Origin: Candidatus Aquidulcis sp.
GTDB lineage: Bacteria; Chloroflexota; Anaerolineae; UBA4142
Assembly: GCA_020723345.1 (NCBI GenBank)
Contig: DYJA01000002.1
Location: 137,544-201,543, forward strand
Direction of reading: 5' to 3'
DNA length: 64,000 nt
Part shown: positions 54,132-62,311 of the stretch, in pieces
How the letters are laid out: every line of letters starts with the position of its first letter
Position numbering within the stretch: the stretch's first letter is position 1
Translations under genes and position numbers: made by a program
Notes under the pieces: model-generated
Seen by the model: the letters and a program-made list of their open reading frames with translations, nothing else
Told to the model about the DNA's origin: nothing
Databases searched by the model: none

Positions 54132-54452
54132 AACGCAGTGACGGAGAAACGTAGCGCTTGACGAGATTCCAGAGAGCCGTACAATTCTGAAAAGCCGGCA
54201 TCCACGCAAGCGTGATGAACATCTCCCGAGCGTTTCGGTCCGCTCCCGTTATCGAGCGTCGAGGCGACAACCCGCCGAATGTAATTCGGCGTCTCAAAAT
54301 CTGAAAATCGGCTAGAAGCCGATTGCGCGCCAACCCGATTGATCGGGGTTCCACCTTTTGAGACGGACGATTGCATCGTCCGTTGTCGCGCAGAAAGGTG
54401 GCACACGAGTCCCCCCTCGTCCTTTCATCGGACGCGGGGGAATTTTATTTCA
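54132..54452 (+). promoter_or_regulatory. Probable T-box leader (tRNA-sensing riboswitch) of aspS
   Basis: AGAGAG bulge-like motif near the 5' end and several stem-loops. T-box-like gaaaGGTGGCACacgag (54394-54410), where gaaa/tttc and acgag/ctcgt can form an antiterminator with a UGGC-containing bulge. Competing terminator tcccccctcgtcc-tttcatc-ggacgcggggga followed by attttattt. Specifier codon not identified. Confidence 0.5.
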
Positions 54453-54547
54453 GGCGATCAGGCGACCACGTAATCCGGCGATCAGGCAATCGGGCGATCG
54501 GCAACCGATTGACCGATTGCCTGATTGACCGATCCCTGATTGCCTGC
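54452..54547. repeat. Tandem-motif palindrome (caggcgatc / gattgcctg units) between the leader terminator and the aspS start
   Basis: caggcgatcaggcgaccacgtaatccggcgatcaggcaatcgggcgatcggcaa / ccgattgaccgattgcctgattgaccgatccctgattgcctg. Confidence 0.75.
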
Positions 54548-54560
54548 CGAAGGAGCCACT

Positions 54561-55862
54561 ATGGAACGAATTCGCACAACGCAATTGCGCGAACACATCG
54601 GTCAGCGCGTCATTTTGCGCGGCTGGATGCACAACCTGCGCGCGCTCGGCAAGATCAGTTTCATTCTCGTGCGCGACGGCTACGGCATCGCGCAAGCGGT
54701 TACCCAAGACGAAAACGTGCTTGCCGCGCTCCACGGCGCGCACGACGAAAGCGTCATCGAACTCGAAGGCGCGGTCGTCGCGGAAGCGCAAGCGCCGGGC
54801 GGCGTCGAATTGCGCGACATCGCGGTGCGCGTCATCGCGCCGGTCACCGACACGCCCCCGTTTCCGCTCAACAAGCCGACCGTCAACGCGACGCTCGACG
54901 TTTTTCTCGATCATTCGACGGTCGCGCTGCGTCATCCGCGCAAGCGCGCGCTGCTGCGACTTTCCGCCGGGATCATGTCGGCGTTTCGCGAATTTCTCAA
55001 CGGCGACGGATTCACCGAAATCCAATCGCCCAAACTTGTCGCGTCGGCGACCGAAAGCGGCGCGAATGTGTTCGCGGTCGATTACTTTGGCAAAAAGGCG
55101 TTTCTCGCGCAGTCGCCGCAGTTCTACAAGCAAATTATGGTCGGCGTGTTCGAGCGCGTGTACGAAGTCGGTCCCGTCTTCCGCGCCGAGCCGCACGACA
55201 CGACGCGCCACGTCAACGAGTACGTCAGTCTCGACGTCGAATTTGGTTTCATCGAGAATCACTTTACGGTGATGGCGTTGCTCACGCGCTTGATTCGACA
55301 CATTCTCGCGCGGCTCGCGGAACAAAACGCGGCAGCGTTGCAATTGCTCGATGTGAAAATGCCGAACGCGCCTGAAACTTTCCCACACATTCACTTTCGC
55401 GACGCGCAGCAACTCATCTTTGAGAAATTCGGCGAGGATTGCCGCGGCGAACCCGATCTCGCGCCGCAGCACGAACGCTGGCTCGGACAGTGGGCGCGTG
55501 AAACGCACAACTCCGATTTTCTATTCGTGCCCGGCTATCCGATGAGCAAGCGACCGTTTTACACGCACCCCGATCCCGCGGATCCAAAATATTCGTACTC
55601 GTTCGACTTGCTGTTTCGCGGCACCGAACTTGTGACCGGCGGACAGCGGCTGCATCGGTACGAAGATTATCTTGCCGCGCTCGCGCGCGCGAAATATCCG
55701 GTCGAGCCGTTCGCGTACTATCTCGACGCGATGAAGTACGGGATGCCGCCGCACGGCGGCTTCGCCGTCGGCTTGGAACGTTTTGTGATGCAGTTGTGCG
55801 GCTTGTCGAATTTGCGCGAAGCGACCTTGTTCCCGCGCGATACGCACCGCCTCACCCCATAA
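54561..55862 (+). CDS. aspS: Aspartate--tRNA ligase, short (archaeal/type-2) form
   Basis: About 433 aa. GWMHNLRALGKISFILVRDGYG, FLAQSPQFYKQ, VGPVFRAEPHDTTRHVNEY, GGQRLHRYE, GMPPHGGFAVGLERF. AAGGAG RBS before MERIRT. Confidence 0.95.
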   Translation: MERIRTTQLREHIGQRVILRGWMHNLRALGKISFILVRDGYGIAQAVTQDENVLAALHGAHDESVIELEGAVVAEAQAPGGVELRDIAVRVIAPVTDTPPFPLNKPTVNATLDVFLDHSTVALRHPRKRALLRLSAGIMSAFREFLNGDGFTEIQSPKLVASATESGANVFAVDYFGKKAFLAQSPQFYKQIMVGVFERVYEVGPVFRAEPHDTTRHVNEYVSLDVEFGFIENHFTVMALLTRLIRHILARLAEQNAAALQLLDVKMPNAPETFPHIHFRDAQQLIFEKFGEDCRGEPDLAPQHERWLGQWARETHNSDFLFVPGYPMSKRPFYTHPDPADPKYSYSFDLLFRGTELVTGGQRLHRYEDYLAALARAKYPVEPFAYYLDAMKYGMPPHGGFAVGLERFVMQLCGLSNLREATLFPRDTHRLTP

Positions 55863-55895
55863 AAAATTAGGAGCGAGCAACTGCTCGCTCCTTTC

Positions 55896-57110
55896 TCATT
55901 CCCACTTGCGCTCGTCCACGATTGGCTTGGCGTCCGCCGCAATCGTCCCTGCTGGCGCGAATTCGATCTGGTCCACGCTCACGCGAATCAACCCGCGCAC
56001 CGCTTCGGAAAATTCCTGGCTTAATTTCGCGCGATCGGGCACGTCCTGCGCGAGTTCGACTTTGAGCGTCAAATGGTCGCGCACATTGTCCGGACGCGTG
56101 ACGATGCCCTGCACGCGCGCGATCGCCGGAAACTGCGCGAGCGCGAACTTGATCTGATTCGGATGAACGAACATCCCGCGCACTTTGACCGCGTCGCCGA
56201 CGCGCCCGACGAGCATGATGCGCTCGCGCGTCTCGTCGGTACACACTGCCATATCGCCGGTGCCGAGGCGAATGAGGGGGTACGTTTCGTTGAACGTCGT
56301 GACGACGACTTCGCCTGGCTCGCGCGCGCCGACGCGTTTGCCGGTCGCGGGGTCGACAATTTCGACGACGATGCCCTCCGCGATTTGCAGCGCGCGCTTG
56401 GTTTCATCGTCGTACGCGAGAAAGCCGAGTTCCGCCGTTGCGTATACGTTCGTCGTCTTTAATCCGTACACACCTTCGAATTGCGCGCGTAGCGAGGGCG
56501 GATATGGCTCGGCGGTGAAAAGCGTGTGGCGCAGCGCGAATTGCTTTTTGAAATCGAGGCGCATCTCCTCCGCTTTTTTGATGATCGTCATCAAAAAACT
56601 TGGCGTGCCCGCATAGCCGGTCACTTTGAGATCGAGCATCATCTTGATTTGCAATTCGGTGTTGCCGACGCCGCTGGGGATGACGGTCGCGCCGACTGCT
56701 TGCAATCCGGCGTCGAGCAGCAAGCCCGCCGGGACGAGGTGGTACGACAGCGTGTTGAGCGCGATGTCGCCGCGCGTGAAACCCGCGATGCGAAAAATGC
56801 GCGCCGCCGTTCTGACGAGCGATTTCTCCGCGCCGTGTGGTTCGTACAGCGGACCCGGCGAAAGAAAAATATGCTTGAGCCGTTTCGCCTTTTCGCTGCG
56901 AAACCCGCCGAACGGCGGCGCGGCTTTTTGCAGTTCGACGAGGCGATCCTTGCTCGTCACCGGCACGCGTTCCAAATCCGCGACGCGTCGAATGTCGCGC
57001 GGTTTCACGCCCGCGTCGTCGAAAATCCTTTTGACGGCGGGCGCGCTCGCGTACGCGTGTTTGACGAATTTGGCAAGTTCCCGATCGAGCGAGTTAGGTT
57101 GGGTGGGCAT
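55896..57110 (-). CDS. Phenylacetate-CoA ligase family (PaaK / F390-synthetase-like) adenylating enzyme
   Basis: 404 aa. VPVTSKDRLVE, YAGTPSFLM, TAELGFLAY, RLGTGD. Confidence 0.85.
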   Translation of the reverse strand: MPTQPNSLDRELAKFVKHAYASAPAVKRIFDDAGVKPRDIRRVADLERVPVTSKDRLVELQKAAPPFGGFRSEKAKRLKHIFLSPGPLYEPHGAEKSLVRTAARIFRIAGFTRGDIALNTLSYHLVPAGLLLDAGLQAVGATVIPSGVGNTELQIKMMLDLKVTGYAGTPSFLMTIIKKAEEMRLDFKKQFALRHTLFTAEPYPPSLRAQFEGVYGLKTTNVYATAELGFLAYDDETKRALQIAEGIVVEIVDPATGKRVGAREPGEVVVTTFNETYPLIRLGTGDMAVCTDETRERIMLVGRVGDAVKVRGMFVHPNQIKFALAQFPAIARVQGIVTRPDNVRDHLTLKVELAQDVPDRAKLSQEFSEAVRGLIRVSVDQIEFAPAGTIAADAKPIVDERKWE

Positions 57111-57151
57111 AGATCACTCCTTGAAGACAAGTCAAATAGAAATCGGATAAT

Positions 57152-57218
57152 GGGACACCGATGTACACAGATAAACACAGATAGAAAAATCAGTGTGCAT
57201 CAGTGTTTATCCGTGTCC
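57152..57218. repeat. Hairpin of cacagat units (second copy)
   Basis: gggacaccgatgtacacagataaacacagatag-aaaaa-tcagtgtgcatcagtgtttatccgtgtcc. Contains the stop and last 3 codons of gene 57207-57770. Confidence 0.85.
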
Positions 57219-57770
57219 TCGATTGGATTCCAACGTGATCACATAAACGCACGCTTGCCCCTGCGTCTTGAGACACTTGCCCAACGCCGGGTTGATCTCG
57301 TACTGCGCGCTGAACGCGTCGAACCAACCGGTCACGCGCGCGAAAATGCCGCACTCGTACCGCCCCGCGATGCCCCCGCGCGCCGCGTTGTCGAAGGCAA
57401 AGCAGCGGCGCACGCGCACCTGATACGCGCGATCGCTGATCTTGAATACGTCATAGTCGAGCAGATCGGGACCGAGCAAGGCGATGAATAATTCTTGCGC
57501 CAGAAGAAAATCGTCGAGCGTGCGCGGCGACAGTTTCAACGCGCGTGCGACGCGTTGCGCTTCCACCTTGCCGACCTCATGCGCGGCAATCTGATTGAGC
57601 CGATTCGCTTCCGCGATGCCGTGCGCGCTCGCGACCGCCATAAACCACCGCGCGTCGTGCGACATCCAGCATTTGATCAAAAGGGTCGCGCGCTCCGCCG
57701 CGCCGAAACGCGCGAGCAGTTCACCCGCCTTTTCCCTCAGTCGAGGTTGCAAATTCTCCGGCGCGTTCAT
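57207..57770 (-). CDS. Hypothetical protein (187 aa)
   Basis: LIKCWMSHDARWFMAVASAHG. Conserved-looking, but the family is not confidently recalled. Confidence 0.6.
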   Translation of the reverse strand: MNAPENLQPRLREKAGELLARFGAAERATLLIKCWMSHDARWFMAVASAHGIAEANRLNQIAAHEVGKVEAQRVARALKLSPRTLDDFLLAQELFIALLGPDLLDYDVFKISDRAYQVRVRRCFAFDNAARGGIAGRYECGIFARVTGWFDAFSAQYEINPALGKCLKTQGQACVYVITLESNRGHG

Positions 57771-57797
57771 CGCTCTTCATCCTTCCGCCTTCATCCT

Positions 57798-58586
57798 TTA
57801 TCCGAGCCAGCGTTTGCGGCGTTTGTAATGCTTGACCTCGCGATAACTCTTGCGTTCGCCGAGTTGGGTCAAGCCAAGATAGAATTCTTTGATGTCTTCA
57901 TTGTCGCGCAATTTCTGGGCGGGACCTTCCAGGACGATCCGCCCGGTTTCCATCACGTAGCCGTGATCGGCGATGGCGAGCGCGGCTTGCGCGATCTGTT
58001 CGACCAGGAGGATCGCGGTTTTTTCGCGCTGATTGATTTGTCGAATGACGTGGAAAATCTCGGCGACGAGGAGCGGCGCGAGACCCAGCGACGGCTCGTC
58101 GAGCAGCATCAATTTGGGATGCGCCATCAGCGCGCGCCCGATCACGACCATCTGCTGTTCGCCGCCGGAGAGATAACCGCTGACGCGTCCGCGCAAATCG
58201 CGCAGACGCGGAAAATATTGGTACACCATATCCAGATCGGCGCGGAGGTTGCCATTGCGCGCGAGCGCGCCGACGACGAGGTTCTCTTCGACGGTGAGAT
58301 GCGCGAAGAGGCGGCGCCCTTCGAGCACTTGGACGATCCCGCGCCGGACGACGGCTTCGGGACCCAAGCGATCGAGCCGCGCGCCGTCGAATTCAATCGA
58401 GCCGCGCGTGACCTGACCCAGTTCGGTGCGCAGCAGACCGGAGATCGCTTTGAGCGCGGTCGTTTTGCCCGCGCCGTTCGCGCCGAGCAGCGCGACGATT
58501 TGCCCATCGCCGACCTCGAGTGAGACGCCGCGCAGCACCAGGATCACATCGCTATAAACGACTTCGATGTTGTTGAGTTTGAGCAT
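57798..58586 (-). CDS. livF: Branched-chain amino acid-type ABC transporter ATP-binding protein (LivF-like)
   Basis: LLGANGAGKTTALKAISG, LSGGEQQMVVIGRAL, LMLLDEPSLGLAP. Confidence 0.9.
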   Translation of the reverse strand: MLKLNNIEVVYSDVILVLRGVSLEVGDGQIVALLGANGAGKTTALKAISGLLRTELGQVTRGSIEFDGARLDRLGPEAVVRRGIVQVLEGRRLFAHLTVEENLVVGALARNGNLRADLDMVYQYFPRLRDLRGRVSGYLSGGEQQMVVIGRALMAHPKLMLLDEPSLGLAPLLVAEIFHVIRQINQREKTAILLVEQIAQAALAIADHGYVMETGRIVLEGPAQKLRDNEDIKEFYLGLTQLGERKSYREVKHYKRRKRWLG

Positions 58587-58595
58587 GATAAAACC

Positions 58596-58740
58596 CAGAG
58601 GGATTAGAGGGCATAAAAAGGCAAGAGAGGGCGCAGAGGGTAATAAGGCATAGAAGGTAAGGAGGGCTGAGCCCCTCGGTTGCCTTCGGATGCCTTCTAC
58701 GCCTTCTACTCCTTCTGACGCCCTCTATCCCTTCTGCGTC
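58596..58740. repeat. Long imperfect palindrome of agagggn / agaaggn units
   Basis: cagagggattagagggcataaaaaggcaagagagggcgcagagggtaataaggcatagaaggtaaggaggg ... gccttcggatgccttctacgccttctactccttctgacgccctctatcccttctg. Confidence 0.8.
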
Positions 58741-60111
58741 TTACTTGGGTTTCAGATCCGGCGCGGTCATCCAGTCCGTCAGATAGATGAACTTGCCTTT
58801 TTGCACTTGGACGATCCGCGCTTTGCTGGGCGCGCGCTTGTCTTTGCCAAAGTCAAACGACTGGATGCCTTCCATCGGTTTGAGTTCGGGCGTTGCCTGG
58901 ATCGTTTCGTACACGGCAGCGCCGGTCAAGCCCTCAAAGCCGACGCGGTCAATCGTCTTTTCGATGTACTGCTTCATCGCATCCACGAACGTGAACGAGA
59001 GCAGATAACCGACGCTGCGTTCGGCGGGCTTGCGCTGATTCGTGGTGAATTCGCCCTGAATGATCTTGACGCCGGGATGCGTGGTATCGTCCCACCACAG
59101 GTTCGGGAAGACGCCGTAGTATCCTTCGGACGCCGCGCCTGCGAGCGCGAGCATCGAAAGATCGAGACTCCAGTTGCTGCCGGCGATCATGAATTCGTCG
59201 CGTACGCCGAGCGAGACCGCGTCTTTGAGAATTTGCGCGGGCCCGTGCGCGAGCGAGTTGGTGTAGATGACATTCGCGCCGGCTTTTTTCGCCGCGAGAA
59301 TTTGCGTGGTCACGTCCGGCGCGCCGGGCGTAAAGAGTTCTTGCCCGACGATCTTGACACCCTTCTTTTCGGCGTAGGCGCGGGTTTCGGCGGTCAACGC
59401 ATCGCGACCGTACGCGCTGTCCCAGGTGACGACCGCAATCTTGGGGGAATCAAGCGCCTGTCCCTTGGCGGGCTTGACCTTGTCCCAGTTCGGCACGAGC
59501 CAGTCGAGGAACAAACCGAATTGATCGGTGTAGATCGGCACGACCGCGAAGACATAGCCGGGCGGATACGAGCCCTTGGAACTGACGCCCGCGGTGAGGA
59601 CCGGAATCTTGTCCTCGGCGAGGCGGTCTTTCAACGCTTCGGTTTCGCCCGAGCCGTACATTTGCATGATCAGCGGTTTCTTTTCGCGGAAACGATTGTA
59701 CGCCGCGATGGCGAGTTCGACTTTGCTCGCCGTATCCGCCCATTCGACGACGATTTCCGCGCCGCGAATGCCGCCTTTGCCGTTCCAGTATTTCGCGCCG
59801 TCGTTAAAGCCGGACACCAGCGGCGTCGTGATCGCGGCGAGTGGTCCCGTCACATCCCCAAAGTGGTAGAGTGTGATTTTTTCGCCGGGATTCGCTTTGG
59901 TGCGAAGCGCCGGTTTAGGTACGTCCGTCGGTTTGGGCGCGGCGGTGGGTTGCGGCGCGGTGGTGGCGGGCGCGGTGGTGGGTTTGGGCGCGTCGGTCGG
60001 TTTGGGGGCGGGCGTGGGCGGAACCGGCGTGGGCGTCGGTGCGGGCGCGCACGCGGTCAGCGCGATGATAGCCATCATGACCAAGACGATCAGAACGACG
60101 ATCTTTTTCAT
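58741..60111 (-). CDS. ABC transporter substrate-binding lipoprotein (LivK/PBP1 family) with Pro/Thr-rich linker
   Basis: Lipobox LTAC, a PT linker of about 45 aa, and a periplasmic-binding-protein type 1 body. Confidence 0.9.
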   Translation of the reverse strand: MKKIVVLIVLVMMAIIALTACAPAPTPTPVPPTPAPKPTDAPKPTTAPATTAPQPTAAPKPTDVPKPALRTKANPGEKITLYHFGDVTGPLAAITTPLVSGFNDGAKYWNGKGGIRGAEIVVEWADTASKVELAIAAYNRFREKKPLIMQMYGSGETEALKDRLAEDKIPVLTAGVSSKGSYPPGYVFAVVPIYTDQFGLFLDWLVPNWDKVKPAKGQALDSPKIAVVTWDSAYGRDALTAETRAYAEKKGVKIVGQELFTPGAPDVTTQILAAKKAGANVIYTNSLAHGPAQILKDAVSLGVRDEFMIAGSNWSLDLSMLALAGAASEGYYGVFPNLWWDDTTHPGVKIIQGEFTTNQRKPAERSVGYLLSFTFVDAMKQYIEKTIDRVGFEGLTGAAVYETIQATPELKPMEGIQSFDFGKDKRAPSKARIVQVQKGKFIYLTDWMTAPDLKPK

Positions 60112-60204
60112 CTTCTCCTCCTTCTTCGGATTGCAGATTTCAGATTTCGGATTTCAGATTTTATTTTCTCCCCAACATCACCTCCAATCTCTATGCTCCA
60201 ACTA

Positions 60205-61260
60205 CTAATGCGCGAACGGTCTTAGCCGCCACGCGGCTTTGATCAACTCCCAGCGATGCGCGAGTCCGCGCGGTTCGAACACCAGGAATAGCATCAGTGC
60301 GATCCCGAACGTGATCGGTCCCAGCGCGGCAAGGAGTCCCGCTTCCAATTGCGGAAAGAGTTTGCTCAACACCGGCGCGAGTTGCACGGTCACCTCTTCC
60401 AACACGCGCACGAACGCCGCGCCGAGAATCGGACCGAGCGCGCTGCCCATTCCGCCGACGATCACCATGCCCAAATACCACACGGAATTCAGGAGCGAGA
60501 ATTGGTCAGGATTGATCGTGCGCGCGTACATCGCCCAGAGCGCGCCCGCCAGTCCGGCGTACAACGCGGAGAGGAAAAAGGCGCGCAGTTTGTGCGAAAA
60601 CTGCGCGATGCCGAGCACTTCGGCGGCGAGATCGTTATCGCGGATCGCGATCAGCGCGCGCCCCAGGCGCGTGCGCGCGATGTTCTTGGCGGCGATGACG
60701 CAGACGACGACGGTCAGCATGATCGGAAAGTACATCGTCGCTTGCGAGTTGAAGACAATCTCGCCGAGGCGCGGCGGCTGCATCGTCAACCCCGGCATCC
60801 CGCCAAAGATGTCGGTGCGGACGTTGCGAAAAAACCAGGGAATGATCATTTGCGCGGAGAGCGTCGCCATCGCGAGATAGAAACCTTTGATGCGGAGCGA
60901 CGGCAAGCCGAACAACAATCCGACGAGTCCCGCGACCAATCCCGAAATCGGCAGCGCGAGCCAGAAGGAAACTCCGGCTTTGACCAGCACCGCCGCGCTG
61001 TACGCGCCGACTGCCATAAACGCCGCCTGCCCCAGCGAAATCTGTCCGGTGTAGCCGAGCAAGATATTCAATCCGATCACCGCGATAATGCTGATGCCGA
61101 TCAGATTCAAAGTACCGATGACGTGTCCGTCGGCAAAGAATGGCAAAGCAAACAGCCCGATCAGAAACGCAATCGTCATGCCCCATTGTCCGCGATTGCG
61201 AATGATCGCCATGTCGTGCGCGTATGAAGTGTCAAAATCGCCGGCGAGTCGTAGTGCCAT
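60205..61260 (-). CDS. livM: Branched-chain amino acid-type ABC permease (LivM-like)
   Basis: LNILLGYTGQISLGQAAFMAVGAY. Start set at MALRLAGDF (ATG 61260). Confidence 0.9.
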   Translation of the reverse strand: MALRLAGDFDTSYAHDMAIIRNRGQWGMTIAFLIGLFALPFFADGHVIGTLNLIGISIIAVIGLNILLGYTGQISLGQAAFMAVGAYSAAVLVKAGVSFWLALPISGLVAGLVGLLFGLPSLRIKGFYLAMATLSAQMIIPWFFRNVRTDIFGGMPGLTMQPPRLGEIVFNSQATMYFPIMLTVVVCVIAAKNIARTRLGRALIAIRDNDLAAEVLGIAQFSHKLRAFFLSALYAGLAGALWAMYARTINPDQFSLLNSVWYLGMVIVGGMGSALGPILGAAFVRVLEEVTVQLAPVLSKLFPQLEAGLLAALGPITFGIALMLFLVFEPRGLAHRWELIKAAWRLRPFAH

Positions 61261-61261
61261 G

Positions 61262-61330
61262 CAACCCTCGATGCGTGTTGCGTGATGCGTGAAACGTGAA
61301 TATTCACGCATCACGTTTCACGTTTCAGAT
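61262..61330. repeat. Tandem-motif element (gcgtgat / cgtttca units)
   Basis: gcgtgttgcgtgatgcgtgaaacgtgaatattcacgcatcacgtttcacgtttcag. The same units recur at 8410-8430 and inside CDS 22657-22978. Confidence 0.7.
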
Positions 61331-62221
61331 TCTTTCAATCCTTTTCAATCCAAACAATCCATCGGGGCGGAACCACAAGACAATCAGCATAAAGATGTAC
61401 GGCGCGATGTCGCCGAGGTGCAGCGCGCGCAGCGCGGGGTCTTGCGGCAAGCCGCCGACGAGCGACTCGATGACGCCGACGGTCAAGCCGCCGACAATCG
61501 CGCCGGGCACCGATTCCAATCCGCCGAAAAGTACGGCGGGAAATGCTTTGAGCGCGATGATGGACAAGTTGAGTTCGACGCCGCTGATGTTCGCGAGCAG
61601 GACGCCGCACATCGTCGCGACCACACTCGCAATCGCCCACGCCATGCCAAAGATGCGCGGCACGCTCAGTCCAACGCTCTGCGCGAGTTGATGGTCTTCC
61701 GCCGCAGCGCGCATCGCCAGCCCGGCGCGCGTGAATCGGAAAAAGAAAACGAACACGACGAACCCGAGCATCGCCAGCGCGAACGCGAGCGCGAGATTCA
61801 ACTTGAGCCGCACGTCACCCAGGACGAGCGGCTGAATCGGAAAGAGCGCGGGCAGCGAGCGCTGATACGCGCCGAACACGATGATCGCCGCGCCTTGCAG
61901 CGTCTGCGCGAGCGCGAGCGTCATCATCACCGTCGCGAGAATCGGCTGACCGATCAGCGGGCGCAGCGCGACGCGCTCGACCAGCAAGCCGATGAGCGCA
62001 GACACTCCAATCGCGACGGCGAACGCGAGCCACACGTTCCAACCCAGGTTTTCGCTGAACCACCAAGTGGTGAACGCGCCGACCATGAGCAAATGTCCTT
62101 GCGCGAAATTAAAGACGCGCGAGGATTTGTAGATCAGCACCAAGCCAAGCGCGATCAGCGAATAGATGCCGCCGGTCAAGAGACCGGTCGCGAGAAATTG
62201 CGGGAAGAGGTCCCAGTTCAT
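61325..62221 (-). CDS. livH: Branched-chain amino acid-type ABC permease (LivH-like)
   Basis: 298 aa. GLLTGGIYSLIALGLVLIY, FNFAQGHLLMVGAF. Confidence 0.9.
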   Translation of the reverse strand: MNWDLFPQFLATGLLTGGIYSLIALGLVLIYKSSRVFNFAQGHLLMVGAFTTWWFSENLGWNVWLAFAVAIGVSALIGLLVERVALRPLIGQPILATVMMTLALAQTLQGAAIIVFGAYQRSLPALFPIQPLVLGDVRLKLNLALAFALAMLGFVVFVFFFRFTRAGLAMRAAAEDHQLAQSVGLSVPRIFGMAWAIASVVATMCGVLLANISGVELNLSIIALKAFPAVLFGGLESVPGAIVGGLTVGVIESLVGGLPQDPALRALHLGDIAPYIFMLIVLWFRPDGLFGLKRIERI

Positions 62222-62310
62222 TGCTTGTCCCTTGTGTCATTGCGAGCATCCTGAGCGGAGCGGCGTCTGCGCCGCGCAGTCGAAGGATGCGAAGCAATCC
62301 CCGAGTGACG
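62222..62310. repeat. GTCATTGCGAG...GAAGCAATCC element (intergenic copy)
   Basis: gtcattgcgagcatcctgagcggagcggcgtctgcgccgcgcagtcgaaggatgcgaagcaatcccc. Shares termini with the in-CDS copy at 22224. An inverted partial copy lies at about 23212-23250. Confidence 0.75.
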
Positions 62311-62311
62311 A

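Noticed and set aside
54371-55375. 334-aa ORF beginning in the aspS leader.
   Set aside because: It runs through the T-box-like terminator and the tandem-motif palindrome, then out of frame over aspS. The product is an Arg-rich artefact.
58690-60225. 511-aa plus-strand ORF. Similar plus-strand ORFs occur at 61289-62254, 60349-61227, 57495-58523, 56526-57491 and 46768-47811.
   Set aside because: They are antisense to the Liv-type transporter, PaaK-like and lipid-kinase genes, show the same GC-driven low-complexity composition, and run through repeat elements.
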